Source: Lytechinus pictus
Taxonomy: Eukaryota
Length of the DNA: 64,000 bases
Assembly: GCF_037042905.1 (NCBI RefSeq)
Contig: NC_087245.1
Span: forward strand, 41,790,001-41,854,000
Direction: 5' to 3'
The notes under the pieces: model-generated
What the model was told of the DNA's origin: nothing
What the model saw: only the letters and a program-made list of their open reading frames with translations
The model's database searches: none
Made by a program: the position numbers and the translations under genes
Shown: one piece after another, positions 1-13,835 of the stretch
Position numbering within the stretch: the stretch's first letter is position 1
Layout of the letters: each line of letters opens with the position of its first letter

Positions 1-507
1 ATCAGACAAATAATGAGAAAGTTATGAACATTTGAATATTGCAATCACTAATGCTATGGAGATCCTCCAATTGGCAATGCGACAAGGATGTGTGATGTCA
101 CATGTGAACAACTTTCCCTTTGATGGAATATAGAATACCCTCAAAATGTCTCTTTCTGCTTTTTCTTGTGTTGATACAAACTCTTTATCCATGATGTATT
201 CTTTAAAAATCTGTATTACATGCCCTCCTATAGAAAGAACACATGATCTACTGATAGATGTGTTAAAAGAGGCAATTTAAGTGAAATATATACTAAAGTA
301 ATGGGGAGAGTTGTTCACAAGTGACATCACACATCTTTGTCGCATTGCCAATTTGAGGATCTCCATAGCATTAGTGATCGCAATATTCAAATGCTCATAA
401 CTTTCTCATTATTTGTCCGATTTTTCTCAAACTTTCGTTGATCTGTTTCTTTGATTTGTCTGTTTTCACACAAGCTATCTTGTTCTAAATGTTTCATTCT
501 CCTTTAA
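1..507. mobile_element. Foldback non-autonomous DNA transposon (TTAA-flanked, Kolobok/piggyBac-like), left end outside window
   Basis: 1-118 is an imperfect reverse complement of 304-421. The right terminus is ...ttctcct followed by TTAA (504-507). Confidence 0.75.
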
Positions 508-2065
508 TTTTACGCGATACGCAATTATCGAGCCCCTCAAAATTGTTGGCTCATTACGCCACTGGGACAACCCCTTCCTAGAAACAAACAAAAATCAACT
601 TTGAGCGGCCAATCGGGAAAATATGGGTGAAAAAAAAAATCGCCCCCCTCTATTGGCGGAAGCTGGGTCCGCCCCTGCTTAAGGGTAAGCTTACCTCTAA
701 TTACACTCGTAGTACAAAAAGAAAACAGCTTTTCAATGGCCCTCGAAATTAAATCTGGCACTTTTACTCCATATAATCATATCTTTGATATAATATAATC
801 AGCAACAATTATAGTGTCGCCAAAACGGCAAATAGTAAAATGGAAAAAAAGAACTGGTGAACGGTGAAAGGCCCACTAATAAAGAAGAAAGGCAAGTCAT
901 ATCAAATGCCCACAAAGCAGTGTGTAGTGAGCTAAAAAATTGAGGGGCCAGATATTGTGAGTGGATAAAAAAAAAAGATGCGAGCGAGCGAAGTGAGGTA
1001 GCAACTTAAGATTGTGATGATTACAAAGATCTATTTGTTTCAATAGATTTTGATGTGATATACAGAAAATCATGTAATATTTTACATTTTGCCTTGCCCT
1101 TTTGTTAACTTTTCTTATCAGGTCGTGGTGGCCACATACAGTCCCAAGCCCCCCATCTTTACACCACTTTTTTATGCCTACTCATAATATTTTACTGCTT
1201 TCAATTTAAAAATTGTGAAAATATTTGTTGATTTGAATGGTATTTAGGGAGTTGCATCCCCTTGCAAAACTTATATTACTATTTTCATTGCTAGGCCTAA
1301 TTGATTTTGTGTCGAGAAATGTTTGGTTAACGAAATGGGGGGAATATGGATGTTTAAATGATGAAAAACTATCGCATTCAACAATAATAATATAAAAAAA
1401 TACTGTAACAGTCTTGATACGAGTAATGGAATACAGTAATTTAGATCACAATGCATGTAATAAGTAGATGAGATTATGAAGGCATGTGGACGCAATGCAG
1501 ACCGTTATAGAAATGCCAAGAGCGCCAACTCCCGGCAGAGAGGGAAATTAGTAAATGTTTTGTGATGAAATGCTTTCACTTTCAATAAATGGGAAGTGTT
1601 CTGTTCTTCATAGGGCATCTAAAAGGTAAAATGTCAATATGAAGCCTTGTTCATACAAGAACCCATTTACAATTCACATTTGCTGTAACTTGAAGAAAAT
1701 CCATGAGGACAAACAAAAGAATGTGAAATAATAATAAATAATTTTGGAATTTACTGCATTGGATTTGTCTTCGATTTCTTTTCAATCATTTTGAAGTAAT
1801 TGTTTTATACTCTTCCAACCCATTTGTTAACTGATTTTGTTTTGTTTGTTTGATGTATGTATTGATTCATCCAGGAAGAAAGACGAATGATGAAGAAAAA
1901 CAAATCTGATCATCTGGACTTACTGTTTGAATCTGGAGGGTACAGTTTCACGTCCGATCCAACACGCTTCTTTAGCTCGTCTGAACTGGCAGGATTTCCC
2001 GCCAGATTTATTTATCTTCATTATTTGTTTTGTTTGTTTTTTAGTGGTGTAACTCAAGGAAAAAA

Positions 2066-2314
2066 GTGGATCTAGGGAGGGGGGGGGGGGGGGATGGGGT
2101 CAAAACCAGCCCTTGCCCCCCTTTTGAGAGGCACAATATTTGTATTCTAAAAATGCAGTTAAAACAAAAGTGTTCCCACCCCCCTTTGAAAGTGAAGACC
2201 TTTTTTTTTATTTGCTCGTCCAATTTTTTCGTGGACAAAATGTCCTTATTTTTTGTTGAAAACCATTTTTTTTTTGCTTTTATCCCCCTTTGGAAAATCC
2301 TGGATCCACCCCTG
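2066..2314. mobile_element. hAT-like MITE (CAGGGGCGGATCC-type terminus)
   Basis: Right end aaaatcctggatccacccctg; degenerate left end gtggatctaggg plus poly-G. Same family as the elements at 37675 and 44676. Confidence 0.6.
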
Positions 2315-2872
2315 ACAAGAGGGTTATTGATTTACCCTTATACCCTTATGTCATAACTCGCCTTTGTCCGTATGAAAAATTGACTCTGTAAATTGAAATT
2401 CAGTGACAGAGAGAGAGAGGGGAGAGGCTTGGTGAAAGCGGATAAGAGAGAGAGAGGGAGAAAGAGAGAGAGAGAGGGGGGGGGGGGGGAGGGAAACGCG
2501 TCGTGGAAGAAGTAGGGGGCGGGGGAGACAAAGACAAAGGCATGGTTAAGGATTGGTTTACAAAACGGGAGTGACCGGGGTATATACTGTTGGTATCACG
2601 CCGTTTTAAATGTCCCATAATGCAAACTCGAGACGACACATCTTGGCACCCGTTGAGACAATGTTTTACGACAGGTTTGAAATATCAATAACTCCTGCCC
2701 CACGTATTCGGTTGCCTTCGGATATTGATTGCTGGAGTGGCGGCAATCCATTAGGTTCAACGCAAAGGTCAATGCATCTTCCCTTATCGCAGGTCAAGTA
2801 CTTCAAACACTTTGCCTTCTCTCGTCACCGCGTTTCTTCCACGAAAGACACTAGAACCTAGTACCCTGGAAG

Positions 2873-3175
2873 CACTAGCGTACCTACGGGGGGGGGGGGC
2901 AGGGGGGGCACTCTGCCCCCCCTGACGAGTCACAACCCATGCAAAAACGTATCTTTGCCCCCCCTGACGAGCTTTAAGACCTCTAATGCCCCCCTGACGA
3001 GCTTGAAAACCTTTTTTTTTTTTTTTTTTTTTGCTTGTCAATTTTTTTTCTGGAACGAAATCCTTTATTTGTGATCGAAGACCTTTTTTTTTTTTTTTTT
3101 TTTTTTTTTGCTTGTCAAATTTTTGGGCGAACGGTTTTGCCCCCCCCCCTGTGGAAAATCCTAGGTACGCCACTG
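2873..3175. mobile_element. hAT-like MITE with 8-bp TSD
   Basis: TIRs cactagcgtaccta / taggtacgccactg; perfect TSD cctggaag (2865-2872 and 3176-3183); internal gcccccctgacgag repeats and poly-T tracts. Confidence 0.85.
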
Positions 3176-6100
3176 CCTGGAAGATCTTCAAGAAGACATA
3201 TACCCCGATGGATGTAGGTGAACCTGGGCCAGATCAGCTTGTGTGAATCTTGTATCACAATTTTTTTTCCATTCAAGAATAGTATTATTGTTGCACATTG
3301 TCAAGCACTTTCAAGCACTTTGCTTTCTTGTCAACGCGTTCCTCACCCGAGAGACAATACACTGAAAGATCATCTTGAAGACATACTTAAAGACATTAAA
3401 CCCCGATGGATTGAGGTGAACTTGGGCCAAATCAACCTATGTAAATTTTGAATCCTACTTATTATTCAAGATTAATGAAATGTTGCACATAAACAAAGTC
3501 ACGTTAGACTATACCATAAAGATGTCTAAAAGGAAATTGAAATAAAATGCTTCTCGTCATTCCTACGCTTTAAAAAAAGGTTTACCCAATATTGGGTAAA
3601 ATTTTACTCAGTGATTTTAGAGTGTACTAAATATACTAAAGCTGATTTTCTTCAACAATAATTGAGAGAGCATACAAGAATATGAAAATCTCTTATAACT
3701 TCATTTAAGGATTTTCCTGTGTGATATATGTTTTCATCCACAAACCTTTTGTTTTCTATAGTAGGTCTGAACACAAGATTTTTCTTCATAACAAATATGT
3801 TATTTTTATTTGAAATATATTTTTAATGGAAGATATCTATGCAATATGTATAACATCGTGCATATTGTAGCGAGACAAGAAAAAAGATAACCATCAGCTC
3901 ATCGCGAATATGTTTAACAGTTATATATTACCACATCACAAACATTCTTGAGAGCTATGTCGGGGTGCATTTTGAATGTTGAAAAGGTTACAATGCTCAG
4001 CCAACAGTCCTAGCTCATATTATGCCAATTTTGATGACATTTTCAGCTAATTGTAGTCCTGAAAAAGCTTACTATGTACATCCAGTCAATAGTCGTAAAT
4101 CGTCGCAATTTCATTTGGATTGGACCATGCTAACTTGCCGAATCTCAGAAACATATATATATTTTTTCAATTATAAAACTTGAAACCTACACCGCATATT
4201 AGTTACTAACAAACAAAGTATATGTATTTTGATACTATGGTATCAAAATGTAATAACCAAAAAAAGAAAAAGAAAAGCTTCGGATTTTCCAGATTAAGGA
4301 TTATGGCACGTCTCCAAGATGTTTCACGACCAACAATAACAAAAAAAAGGAAGAGAGAAAAAAAAGGGTGAAATATGACATCGTTTTCTGATTATTAAAT
4401 TTTCTTTTTGGTAGTTCGCAGTTTTTTGAAGGGTGAATGTCTCGTCAGATTCGTCTTTTTTTACCAAAACTGTAAAATTCATCATTGTTCGTCACTATTA
4501 CCATTAGATAAATGACCATCTGCTAATTTTTTTTAACCAAAATCAAATTTGTACCAAGTCTTCCAGTTTAATTTTCTAAATTCAAAAGCGCCTTCTGGCC
4601 CGTGAGCTCCGTCGTTTTGCTCTTTCGGATGGTGACGTAAAAGGTCGGTCCCAGACGTAAATAATCATATGTGAGTAATACACGTCCGACAAAACTCAAT
4701 AACACACACACAAAAAAACACACTACCGCCTTTTTACCCCGCTTTGCCCTCTCACTTTGCTTTCTTTCTGTCTATTTTTGCTCCTTCGAAATTTCAAAGC
4801 CCGGCCCACCATGCCCACCACAACCTTGAGAAAATTTCGACGTACAGTCATTGTGCCCCAGACCCAATAGATTGACGAGCAGTATATGCCACTACAGCCC
4901 GTTGAACAAAATACATTGCATGCCAAGCTTTCTCAATAGCCATACTTTGATTATATATATTACTTCATTCAGCTCAACGTGTTATTTATGATGAGGTAAC
5001 GTAAATTGTTTATTGTGTGCAATAGTGCGCGGCGCTGCCATAATTTCAGATACGCAATACGAACTTGACAGAAATTAGCTCATGCACACTGTCTCATTTT
5101 AGGCATAAATTTTAGACAATAACTACATCGCTGTTATCAGAAGTCCGGCAGTGAGTAGTGAGCGTTGATGTGACCTACTTTGTTTTCAGTATTGTTGCAC
5201 GCAAATGGGGAAAAAAAACATATTGCATAATTTCTTTCATACAGTTGAGTTTGGAAGGTCCAAAAAAAAATTATACTTTTGAAAGACTATCTTTTTACTA
5301 CATAAATCTAATAAATCAATTATATTAGCAACTTTATCCCAGTTAATTAGAAAACTTATGAAATTCACTTTACTTGTTTTTCGGGTGACTCCAAATGATT
5401 GAAACCTGAATTAAATAATTAGTTACATTTCAGTCACAAACCTTTTTCTGGCAAAAAAAATAATAAACTAAAATTTATAGGTAGCAACTAAAATTCTAAT
5501 TAATGTTTTGTTTTGGTTATTACAATTTAAAATTATATCCTGATATTTTACCTTTTGTCAGTTCGTAACAAAGACTGATTAAGATTATAGAAATTATAAT
5601 CACTTTAGCGCTGTGTAATCAAAATCATAGTTGATGTAGAAGACTAATACTAATTGTCTCCACACTTCTGAGTTTAGTTGTGTTTGGGTGTACTTTGTCA
5701 AACGACGTCACACCGAGCAGCGGTTAAAGCGATCAGTATCTTATGCAAGCATTGTAAACCCATCCTCCCAGGCTCCACGATCTGTTCTGCAATTGAAATG
5801 CCCTCTGTGCACAATTAGTCAGTGTAATCGTTTATCGGGCCTTACTCGGTTTAAATAGACAGTTTCCAATTAGTCGCCGATTACTAAAACATATCTGCAG
5901 CAATTTATGCAAAAAAAGGAGACGGGAGAAGAAATGGAGGGAAAATGTTTGTAGGAGATGCTGTGGTAATAGGACTATCAATTTTGAGTGTGGCGTATCA
6001 TCTAGTTCATGTTTTACACTTTGATTTTGTCTTTAACTATCTTTCTTTTTTTCTGTACACTTTTCTAGACCTCTTTCTCTTTCACACACACACCCTCACC

Positions 6101-7997
6101 CCCACACACACACATCCATTCCAACAAACATTCTTTGACAATCGGGGACTCGCCCAATCGCCAAAGGGGAGACTGCGATCTCAGCATACACGTTAAAATT
6201 TGAATTCAATCCAGTAACAAGGCTCATTTTCTGACATTCGTGAGCATATAATTTGATAACTGGGGACGCTTCGCGTCACCTGACACACACACACACACAT
6301 GAAACGGATTGAAATGAGACGAGGAATCTTGTTTGGCATGGTTATCCGAACTGCGGACGTCACCGGTTGACGGGTAAATTGTAAGAAAATGTCCCCTCCC
6401 ATAACAGAGGTGTATTCGTGTGCTTATGTTGATTTCGTTTCCAAATTACTTTAGTATTCTTCAATTACGTATCTTATATTCCAGAGTATCATAAAAGGTT
6501 TTTATTCAGATAATTGATCTAAAGAGATGCACCGATCAGGATAATTATTTTCATTCGAAATACCAATAGTTTTTTATTTGCAATTTGCACTCAGTAGAAT
6601 TCATAATGAAAGATTTCTTATCATCTTCATCCTTATATCAATACTATTTGCTGCATCTTTAAATTATTGTTATTGGCAATATTCGGTGACACCGTTCACC
6701 TCTGACATTATTCCCTCCCTTTTAACAAAGGATCGGCGCGTGATGTACATATATAACAGTAATAAAAATGAGCTATAACCTTTGAACGTGTTTATTTCCA
6801 AAATGCCTTCCATTCCCTTCGGGCTCAAATTGCTTTTGATACTGAGTGCGAGTTGTATTATAGTCTCCTTTAGTTACAGTCATTGCATTCATTAATATCG
6901 CGGTTTCATCCAGTCAACCTCAAACTCTTAGCAAGGCATGACCAGAATGCATTATGGGTATCTGATTTTACTGGTATGTTATCGACGATAATAAGTAGCA
7001 AATGCAATTGAGCGTGTGGTCTCTTAATAATGTAAAGGTGGGAATCTGTAATTCGTTTGAACGAGTGAATTGAGTATTATGATTCTGAGAACGACCCGCG
7101 TCCATGAAAGTTCATTTCGAGTAAATAAATGAAAACCTAACTATATTTTTGTGTGTCCAACGAGAACTTTGAACAGTTTTTACTTATCTAGGGCACTTTT
7201 GGAAGGAAGACTTTGATATAAATTACACACGAGATGGGCACATGTATAATCAACAATTGCCCATGCTTGATTGAAATAATTGTGTCGCCTAGAAAGGTTT
7301 GACTTATTTGAGGACATTGACGATATTTTCCTTCACTTGTCTTACTGAATTAATAGAAAGTTAGCTATTTTTCTCATTCGAAACGGAGTTTACCCTCTTT
7401 CTAGATCCCCGAGATAGGTAGAGGTGTCTGGTGTTCAATCGTGTTTTTTTTTCACACATTCCATTTCAATAGTTTGAATTAAAATTTTACACTGTGGTAA
7501 TACCAAATAATGACTTTGATCTTGGCATTTCATATCTCTTAACCAAAAGAAATATATTTTGTAAGTGCTCGACGTGTGGTTCACGGAATGAGTCTAATTC
7601 ACATCATTTTTCATTTATACACCATTAAGCGTAAGGAAAAAAAAGGTCACTTCGTTCAATTGAGAAATGACGTTAGTTTATTTCGTTTGTATCAATATTA
7701 TCTATTTACAACTGTAAGTTCTTTGTTTTTGCCCGTTTTTTGTTTATCATTGATTTCTGTATTTCTAATTTGTACGTTGATAAAAAATGAAAGAAACCAC
7801 TAAATTCAAATTCAAGAAAGATGTATAAATTTAGATGGTATTTTAACTTTAATTGGATTTCCTCAGCCGTTTATTTCCTTGTTCTAAGGCATAAGAAACA
7901 CCTCGGCGTACGTCACACCTATGAGAGAATCGATATTTAAACTCTCGTTTCTTGCGATTTCACAACTTAATTCCTTTTAATGTCGAATATACATGTA

Positions 7998-9503
7998 CAG
8001 TGGCGTAACTACGGGGGGGCATGGGGGGCACGTGCCCCCCCCAATCGGCTGGCAAAAAAAAAAAAAAAAAAAAAACGGGAGAAAAGGGAGAAAAAGAGGG
8101 AGAAGAATTTATTGTACATTATAATGTTATATTATATTATATGTTGTGTTATATTACATAAGAATTATTTTTTTTCATTACTTTATGAAACATAATGTGC
8201 TCAGGGCCTATTTGTTCATTATTCCTGGTACTAGCATTGTCTGTTTAACGAGATATACATGTACAATCATGTTGTACCAAAACGTCCTGTTTTCAAGTCA
8301 ATATGCACCAAATATATATCATCGCACTTCAAGTTATTATTGTTTTATGTAGTGACATATGCTTCTTTTCATGACTACTTAAAGTGATAGCCCCATTTTA
8401 AGGTCTGTATATAAAAAAAATCCTTGTTCGTGTTCGTGCTTACGTTCGAATTAGTGGATTGATGAGATTTGTCTGCTCGTCATGAATTCCCTGAAATCGG
8501 TCCTTAAAATGTCTCTTTTTCTAATGTAAATATCAAAAATTTTCAGCTCGCGCTTCGCGCTCGCATCATTTGTTTAGTGAAATACGTATGGTCATAGTAG
8601 ATTCCTACAAACAAGCCTTAGAATGCCCCTCTTCAGATCTGAATTTCCTATATTTTCAGCTCGCACTTTGCGCTACTGAGATGCGTATGATAATCATGAT
8701 TACTATGACTACAAAAAGCTCTTCATGTGTTTGAATGTGATTCTAACAAAATCAGCAATCGCTTGGCACTCGCATTGGATGACTATGGTGAGATATGTAT
8801 ACTCTTAATGGATTAAAAAAAAGAAATAGTCCTTAAAATGTCCCTGTTTGGGGTCAATATATACAAAAATTTTCAGCTCGCGCTTCGCGCTCGCATCATT
8901 TTGTACGTGAAGTACGTATGGTCTTCATAAATTCCTACAAACAAGCCTTAGAATGCTTCTCTTCAGGTCTGAATTTCCTAAATTTTTAGCTCGCGCTTTG
9001 CGCTCGCAATATTTGATTAGTGAGATGCGTATTCTAATCATGATTACAATGACTACAAAAGGTGTTTCATGTTTTCTAACAAAATCAGCAAGAGCTTGGC
9101 ACTCAAATTAGATGAGTATGGTGAGATATGTATTCTCTTATTTGATTTCTAAAAGATAATCCTTAAACTGTCTCTGTTTGAGGTCAATAAATACAAAAAT
9201 TTCAGCTCGCGCTTCGCGCTCGCATTGTTTGTTTAGCGAGACAGATACGTATTTTTTTTTTTAATAGCTTATTTTGACCCTTTTTAGGTATGAATTTCAA
9301 AAATTTTCAGCTCGCGCTTCGCGCTCGCATCATTTGATCAGTGAGATACATTACATATCCGTTTAATGGCACAGTCCTTAAAATGTCTCTATATAAGGTC
9401 AATAGGCCTATAGCTGGTAATTGAGCGCGCTTTGCGCGCTCACTGAGCGACTCAAAATTTTTGCTGGTGCCCCCCCAATGCCGTGACCCACGGTACGCCA
9501 CTG
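7998..9503. mobile_element. 1.5-kb non-autonomous hAT-like element with internal tandem repeats
   Basis: TIRs cagtggcgta / tacgccactg; TSD tacatgta / taaatgta (7 of 8). Internal motif cagctcgcgcttcgcgctcgc recurs about every 110 bp. Confidence 0.85.
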
Positions 9504-11016
9504 TAAATGTATGTATAATGCAATGGCCTAACGTTAACACTTCAGTAAAACATCTGCTATCACCACACATTAAAAACGCTGTGTAAAATTTCATACAAAG
9601 CTGTTTACTATATGAAACTTACAGTAGTGGTATAACTGTTTAAACAGCAATATTGACAACTGTTGAGAATTAAATATTTTAAATCAAACTTTGTTGTTTA
9701 AGATTCAAGCATTTGTTTAAATTATTCAAAACAACAGCTATAAGGTATAAACAGCATTGGATAAGGTTCATAAAGTAAACAACGCGGTATAAAAAAAAAT
9801 TACCTGCGTTTTTACCGTGTGCATGTAAGGCACATGCTGCGTGTATAACCAATAGCAAACTCATTTGCCCACTGTAATTTAGCAACGCCCTTTAAAGTCA
9901 TCGATCAATGCCTTCTGATGATCGTTGCCTGTCTTTGGTAAAGTCATTTTGATTCATACGTATTGTGTCATTGTACAGAAGTAGTTCTGCAGTTCCTGTA
10001 AATTTCATGGATTGATGAAGGAGTGTATCGTTGTAGGGCATGGCCCTGGGAAGTGGGGGTGCTTGGGGTATGCTATTATAGGCAGCACACCTGGAAATAT
10101 GTTTGGTAAACTCTTAAGGTTTAACCAACATCATCTTCATTTGGGAGCGAAAATCTTTTTTTTTTGCATTTCTTTCTGATCAAAATCATCTTCATTAACA
10201 AAATGATCTGCCAACTTAAACCAACAATAAGTCTACTAAAATGAATATTGTGATTTATATTTAGCTAGAAAATTAATTTCCTTGAAAATTTGGGGTGGAG
10301 ATTTTTTTTTTCGCTTGTCATTTTCCCATTCCCCTGTAAGTTGCATGGCTGACATACGTCTAAGGTATACATAATTTAGGTCTCTTCCATTATATGACTT
10401 TCTTTATATACCTATATTGGTTCATATTTTCATAATCATCATAGTCATGGTACTGATAATGATAACGATGATAATGATTACGTTGATGATGATAATGAAG
10501 AAAATAAGTTAATGATAAACAGAAATGAAGATGAAGATGCTCATGAAAAAAAACCTTTAAAAAATACGATGATAATACGTATGAAATAATTGAAATGATA
10601 ATAATGAATAACAATAAGAGAAAAAGCAGTACATTAATGAAAATTAAAACTATCATGCTGATAATGATGTTTGCAAAGTGTATTATACCTTAATCGACTT
10701 CATATAAAAGCCAATACAGCACTCAAATTGCCCAAATATCAATAATAGTAATAGCACTTATACCGAATAAATGAAATTTAAGTACTCCGAATAATCCAGA
10801 GACTATAGTAGTGTTCATTCCGGTTCAATGTTTCAAACCATGACGGATTGAATTTGATTCATAGCATGTATAGCAGCCCACCCACCACATTTGCTTTGAA
10901 ACCACACCTATTTCCATTATCCGCAAAAACCAAATAGAGAGCTATAAGTAGACTAAAGCGGAGAGTTTATATTCTCTATTAGTTTGATGTTTAAATTAAG
11001 TTATCAGTCGGACGAA

Positions 11017-11120
11017 TATCATTTTATACTAGTACATGCATCATTTGAAAACCCTTTCGTGTGCAGTATCATTTTATACTAAATCTTGCATTATTTGAAA
11101 ACCATTTCGTGTGCAGTATC
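11017..11120. repeat. 50-bp tandem duplication
   Basis: tatcattttatacta...catcatttgaaaaccctttcgtgtgcag occurs twice with a few mismatches. Confidence 0.8.
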
Positions 11121-11332
11121 TCTACAATGAAACCCATCAGTAGTGACATAAAACGAAAAGGCTATGTAAATTGCTCGAAGACAGGATTCGACGTCCATTA
11201 AATTTGGTCAAATTTCGGCATAAAAGGCAAAGACAGAAATTCATCCTTGGGTCACATTTTGACAACATTCGATGCAATCATAGCTCTGGCGCTTCCCGCG
11301 CCGTTTCTTTGTTCGTGTGCGTCACCATGTGA

Positions 11333-11346
11333 GTTGCCATGGCAAC
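11333..11346. promoter_or_regulatory. RFX X-box (perfect palindrome GTTGCCATGGCAAC)
   Basis: Exact match to the optimal RFX binding palindrome in a non-repetitive, GC-richer patch. Confidence 0.5.
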
Positions 11347-13600
11347 TGATAGCTAGAAGCCATCGTTAGAGGATTAAATATTGCAGACGATACGTACCGG
11401 CCCCAGTTGTCTGCATAAAATATTCCCGCCAAAAATCATTGAGAATAAATTTGGGGCCATTTGAAATGGAAATAAAAGGCTGTGTGTAGGTTCAACATGT
11501 TGGGTTTGTTTATTTCTTCGCCTCATCTAATAAATATTTTAACCACAATTCGTCTTTAATCTATCAATTTCTTCAATTTTTTTGTGTAAAAATTAGTTTT
11601 CCTTTAAAGCTTTAGAATTATGATGAGGGATTTAAACGAAAGATTTCAGCCTATTTTGGAGTATTTGTTCATCTGATTTTCGGTAGAAATTGTTAGTTGA
11701 AATTAACCATACATGTGGTGGGAGTGAAAGGAGGCGGAACTCTTGTCTGGCTCATTATTTATCCTTCGACTATTTCCCATTCCATTCTCGGAATCCCATT
11801 TCATTCTCGGAATCCCTATTTATTGTGATAGTACTATTTCTTGTGTTCCTTACTGTACATAAAATAAATTAATTTTCTCTTACTTTATTCAATGTACTGC
11901 ATCACTCGTGATATCGGTGAATAATTATGAAAACGACGTTGCCACAAGTAATCATCATACATATACGCTTCCAAACTTTCAATATTCTATGTGTTCAGCT
12001 GCAATGTAAAGATCGGGATCTTATACAGGATTGTCAGGCCAACAGTAATACTCGAGTGACAGTTTCTGATTGAGCGACTTGCCTTAAGACTAGTATTTCT
12101 CCTAAAGTTATATTTATCTTGACCGCTGTCGTTTATATCTCAAGGCCTCATTTAATATTGCCATGGATTCTGATTTAATCTCGAGATAGCCCGTTATTGG
12201 AAATTCTGTATCATATGCATGAACTGTGTGCCTAATTGCTTGAAAAAATATTTCTATTATCAATAATATATTCTATTGAGAAAAATAAAAAGGAAAAATA
12301 AGAGGGAAGTCTCGAGTTTGAAATGGAAATGTTCGTCCCCGACAAGAAAAGGTTCAGGTACAACTGTTGAGCATGTATGTATACATTGACCAGGTCTCTG
12401 TTGTGTATATTACGTTGTATATTTCAGCTGGTTATTCGGGTATCCCTTCAACGAAAAAAAAAATTATACAGTTTTCACTCTTGGTTTTCTTACACTACAT
12501 AAAAATGTCATCTGTGTCTCTGTCGAAAATAAAGGAAAAATGGAAATCATTTTCAGAGGCTAGTTTTAAACTTGCAAAACAAAATAAAGGAAATATGTTT
12601 GAGGCATAATGATCTTTTTGTTGTTTTTTATTCGTTAGCATTGATGCAATCGTATAACAAAGAAATAAAGACTCGAAATACAATATCCAGTAACTGCAAA
12701 ACCTATTCAATCAATAAATTTGTTCAAAAGTTCAGAAAAGAAAACAGAAAACACATTTTTTTTCGTAGAAATTTTTCTATTATACATATATGATTAGTAA
12801 CCGTTATGTACAGTAATCAATTATTATGGAAAATAACCAAAATGTTCGTATCAAAAGTTTCTAATGCTAATCCACATACACACGAAAGATACACGTTTTC
12901 TTCAAAATACAATAAGCTAGATCTATATCTGTACAATAGCCTTATTAGAGGAAGAATAAGATTACCATTATAATAAACAAACAAGGGCATGAAGGGAGAC
13001 AAAACGGTTGTGTAGTTTTGTCTCTTTACAATATACATAGTTATAATTATGCACGCTACTTTAAACATCATAAAATATAGAAGTTATTGATGATAAATCC
13101 AGGATTAAATCAACCAAATTCAATCAATATGATGAATCTTCTTAATGATATTTTTATGATTATGAACTCGACTTTTACATGTATCACCATCCAAAATTGA
13201 AATAAATTAATGTTCATACCCTTTAGAAATAGTGCATTTTGCTCGTTTTGTACTTACCTGGTAGGTAGTTAAGGTTCAACCATGCAATTTTGGAGTGAAT
13301 TAAGAGTGAATATTCAAACGTTTCACACAAATATAACTATTAAAATGGTGAAATTCACTCAACACCAAGTGAAATTCAATTTAAATGTATTATTATCTAT
13401 TCACAGAGTGAACAATTTTCACTCTATTTTTTTAAAGAGAGTACGGTGTAAATAATCCATTATAATCAGTTCCAGGACTTGATCACTAACGGATATTTTT
13501 GCCTATTATTATGATACCAGATGATTGGTCAGGTTTGCTAAAACTCATTATTGATTGAAAACTATCCGAACAGAAAATCGCAGGACACAATCATAGAGTA

Positions 13601-13835
13601 CACTCTAAAGTTCAAGGATTTAAAATAAATCAAGATCGACTGTAAACACTGACCAGTGGAATATTGGATTTAATTTTATAATCTTGAGAATTAATTTTTA
13701 AATCTCAAAAAGATATAATTAAAAATCATATAGCTTTACATTTAAATCAAAAAGGTTCAAATCTAACTATAATATTTGGTTAGGCACTTTTCACAGCCGA
13801 ACTGGATTTATTCTAAATCCTTGGAATTTAGAGTG
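13601..13835. mobile_element. CAC...GTG-ended MITE (EnSpm/CACTA-like termini)
   Basis: TIRs of about 30 bp: cactctaaagttcaaggatttaaaataaatc / gatttattctaaatccttggaatttagagtg. Confidence 0.75.

Noticed and set aside
2784..3246. Lys/Phe-rich ORFs
   Set aside because: Translations of poly-A/T/G tracts in a MITE.
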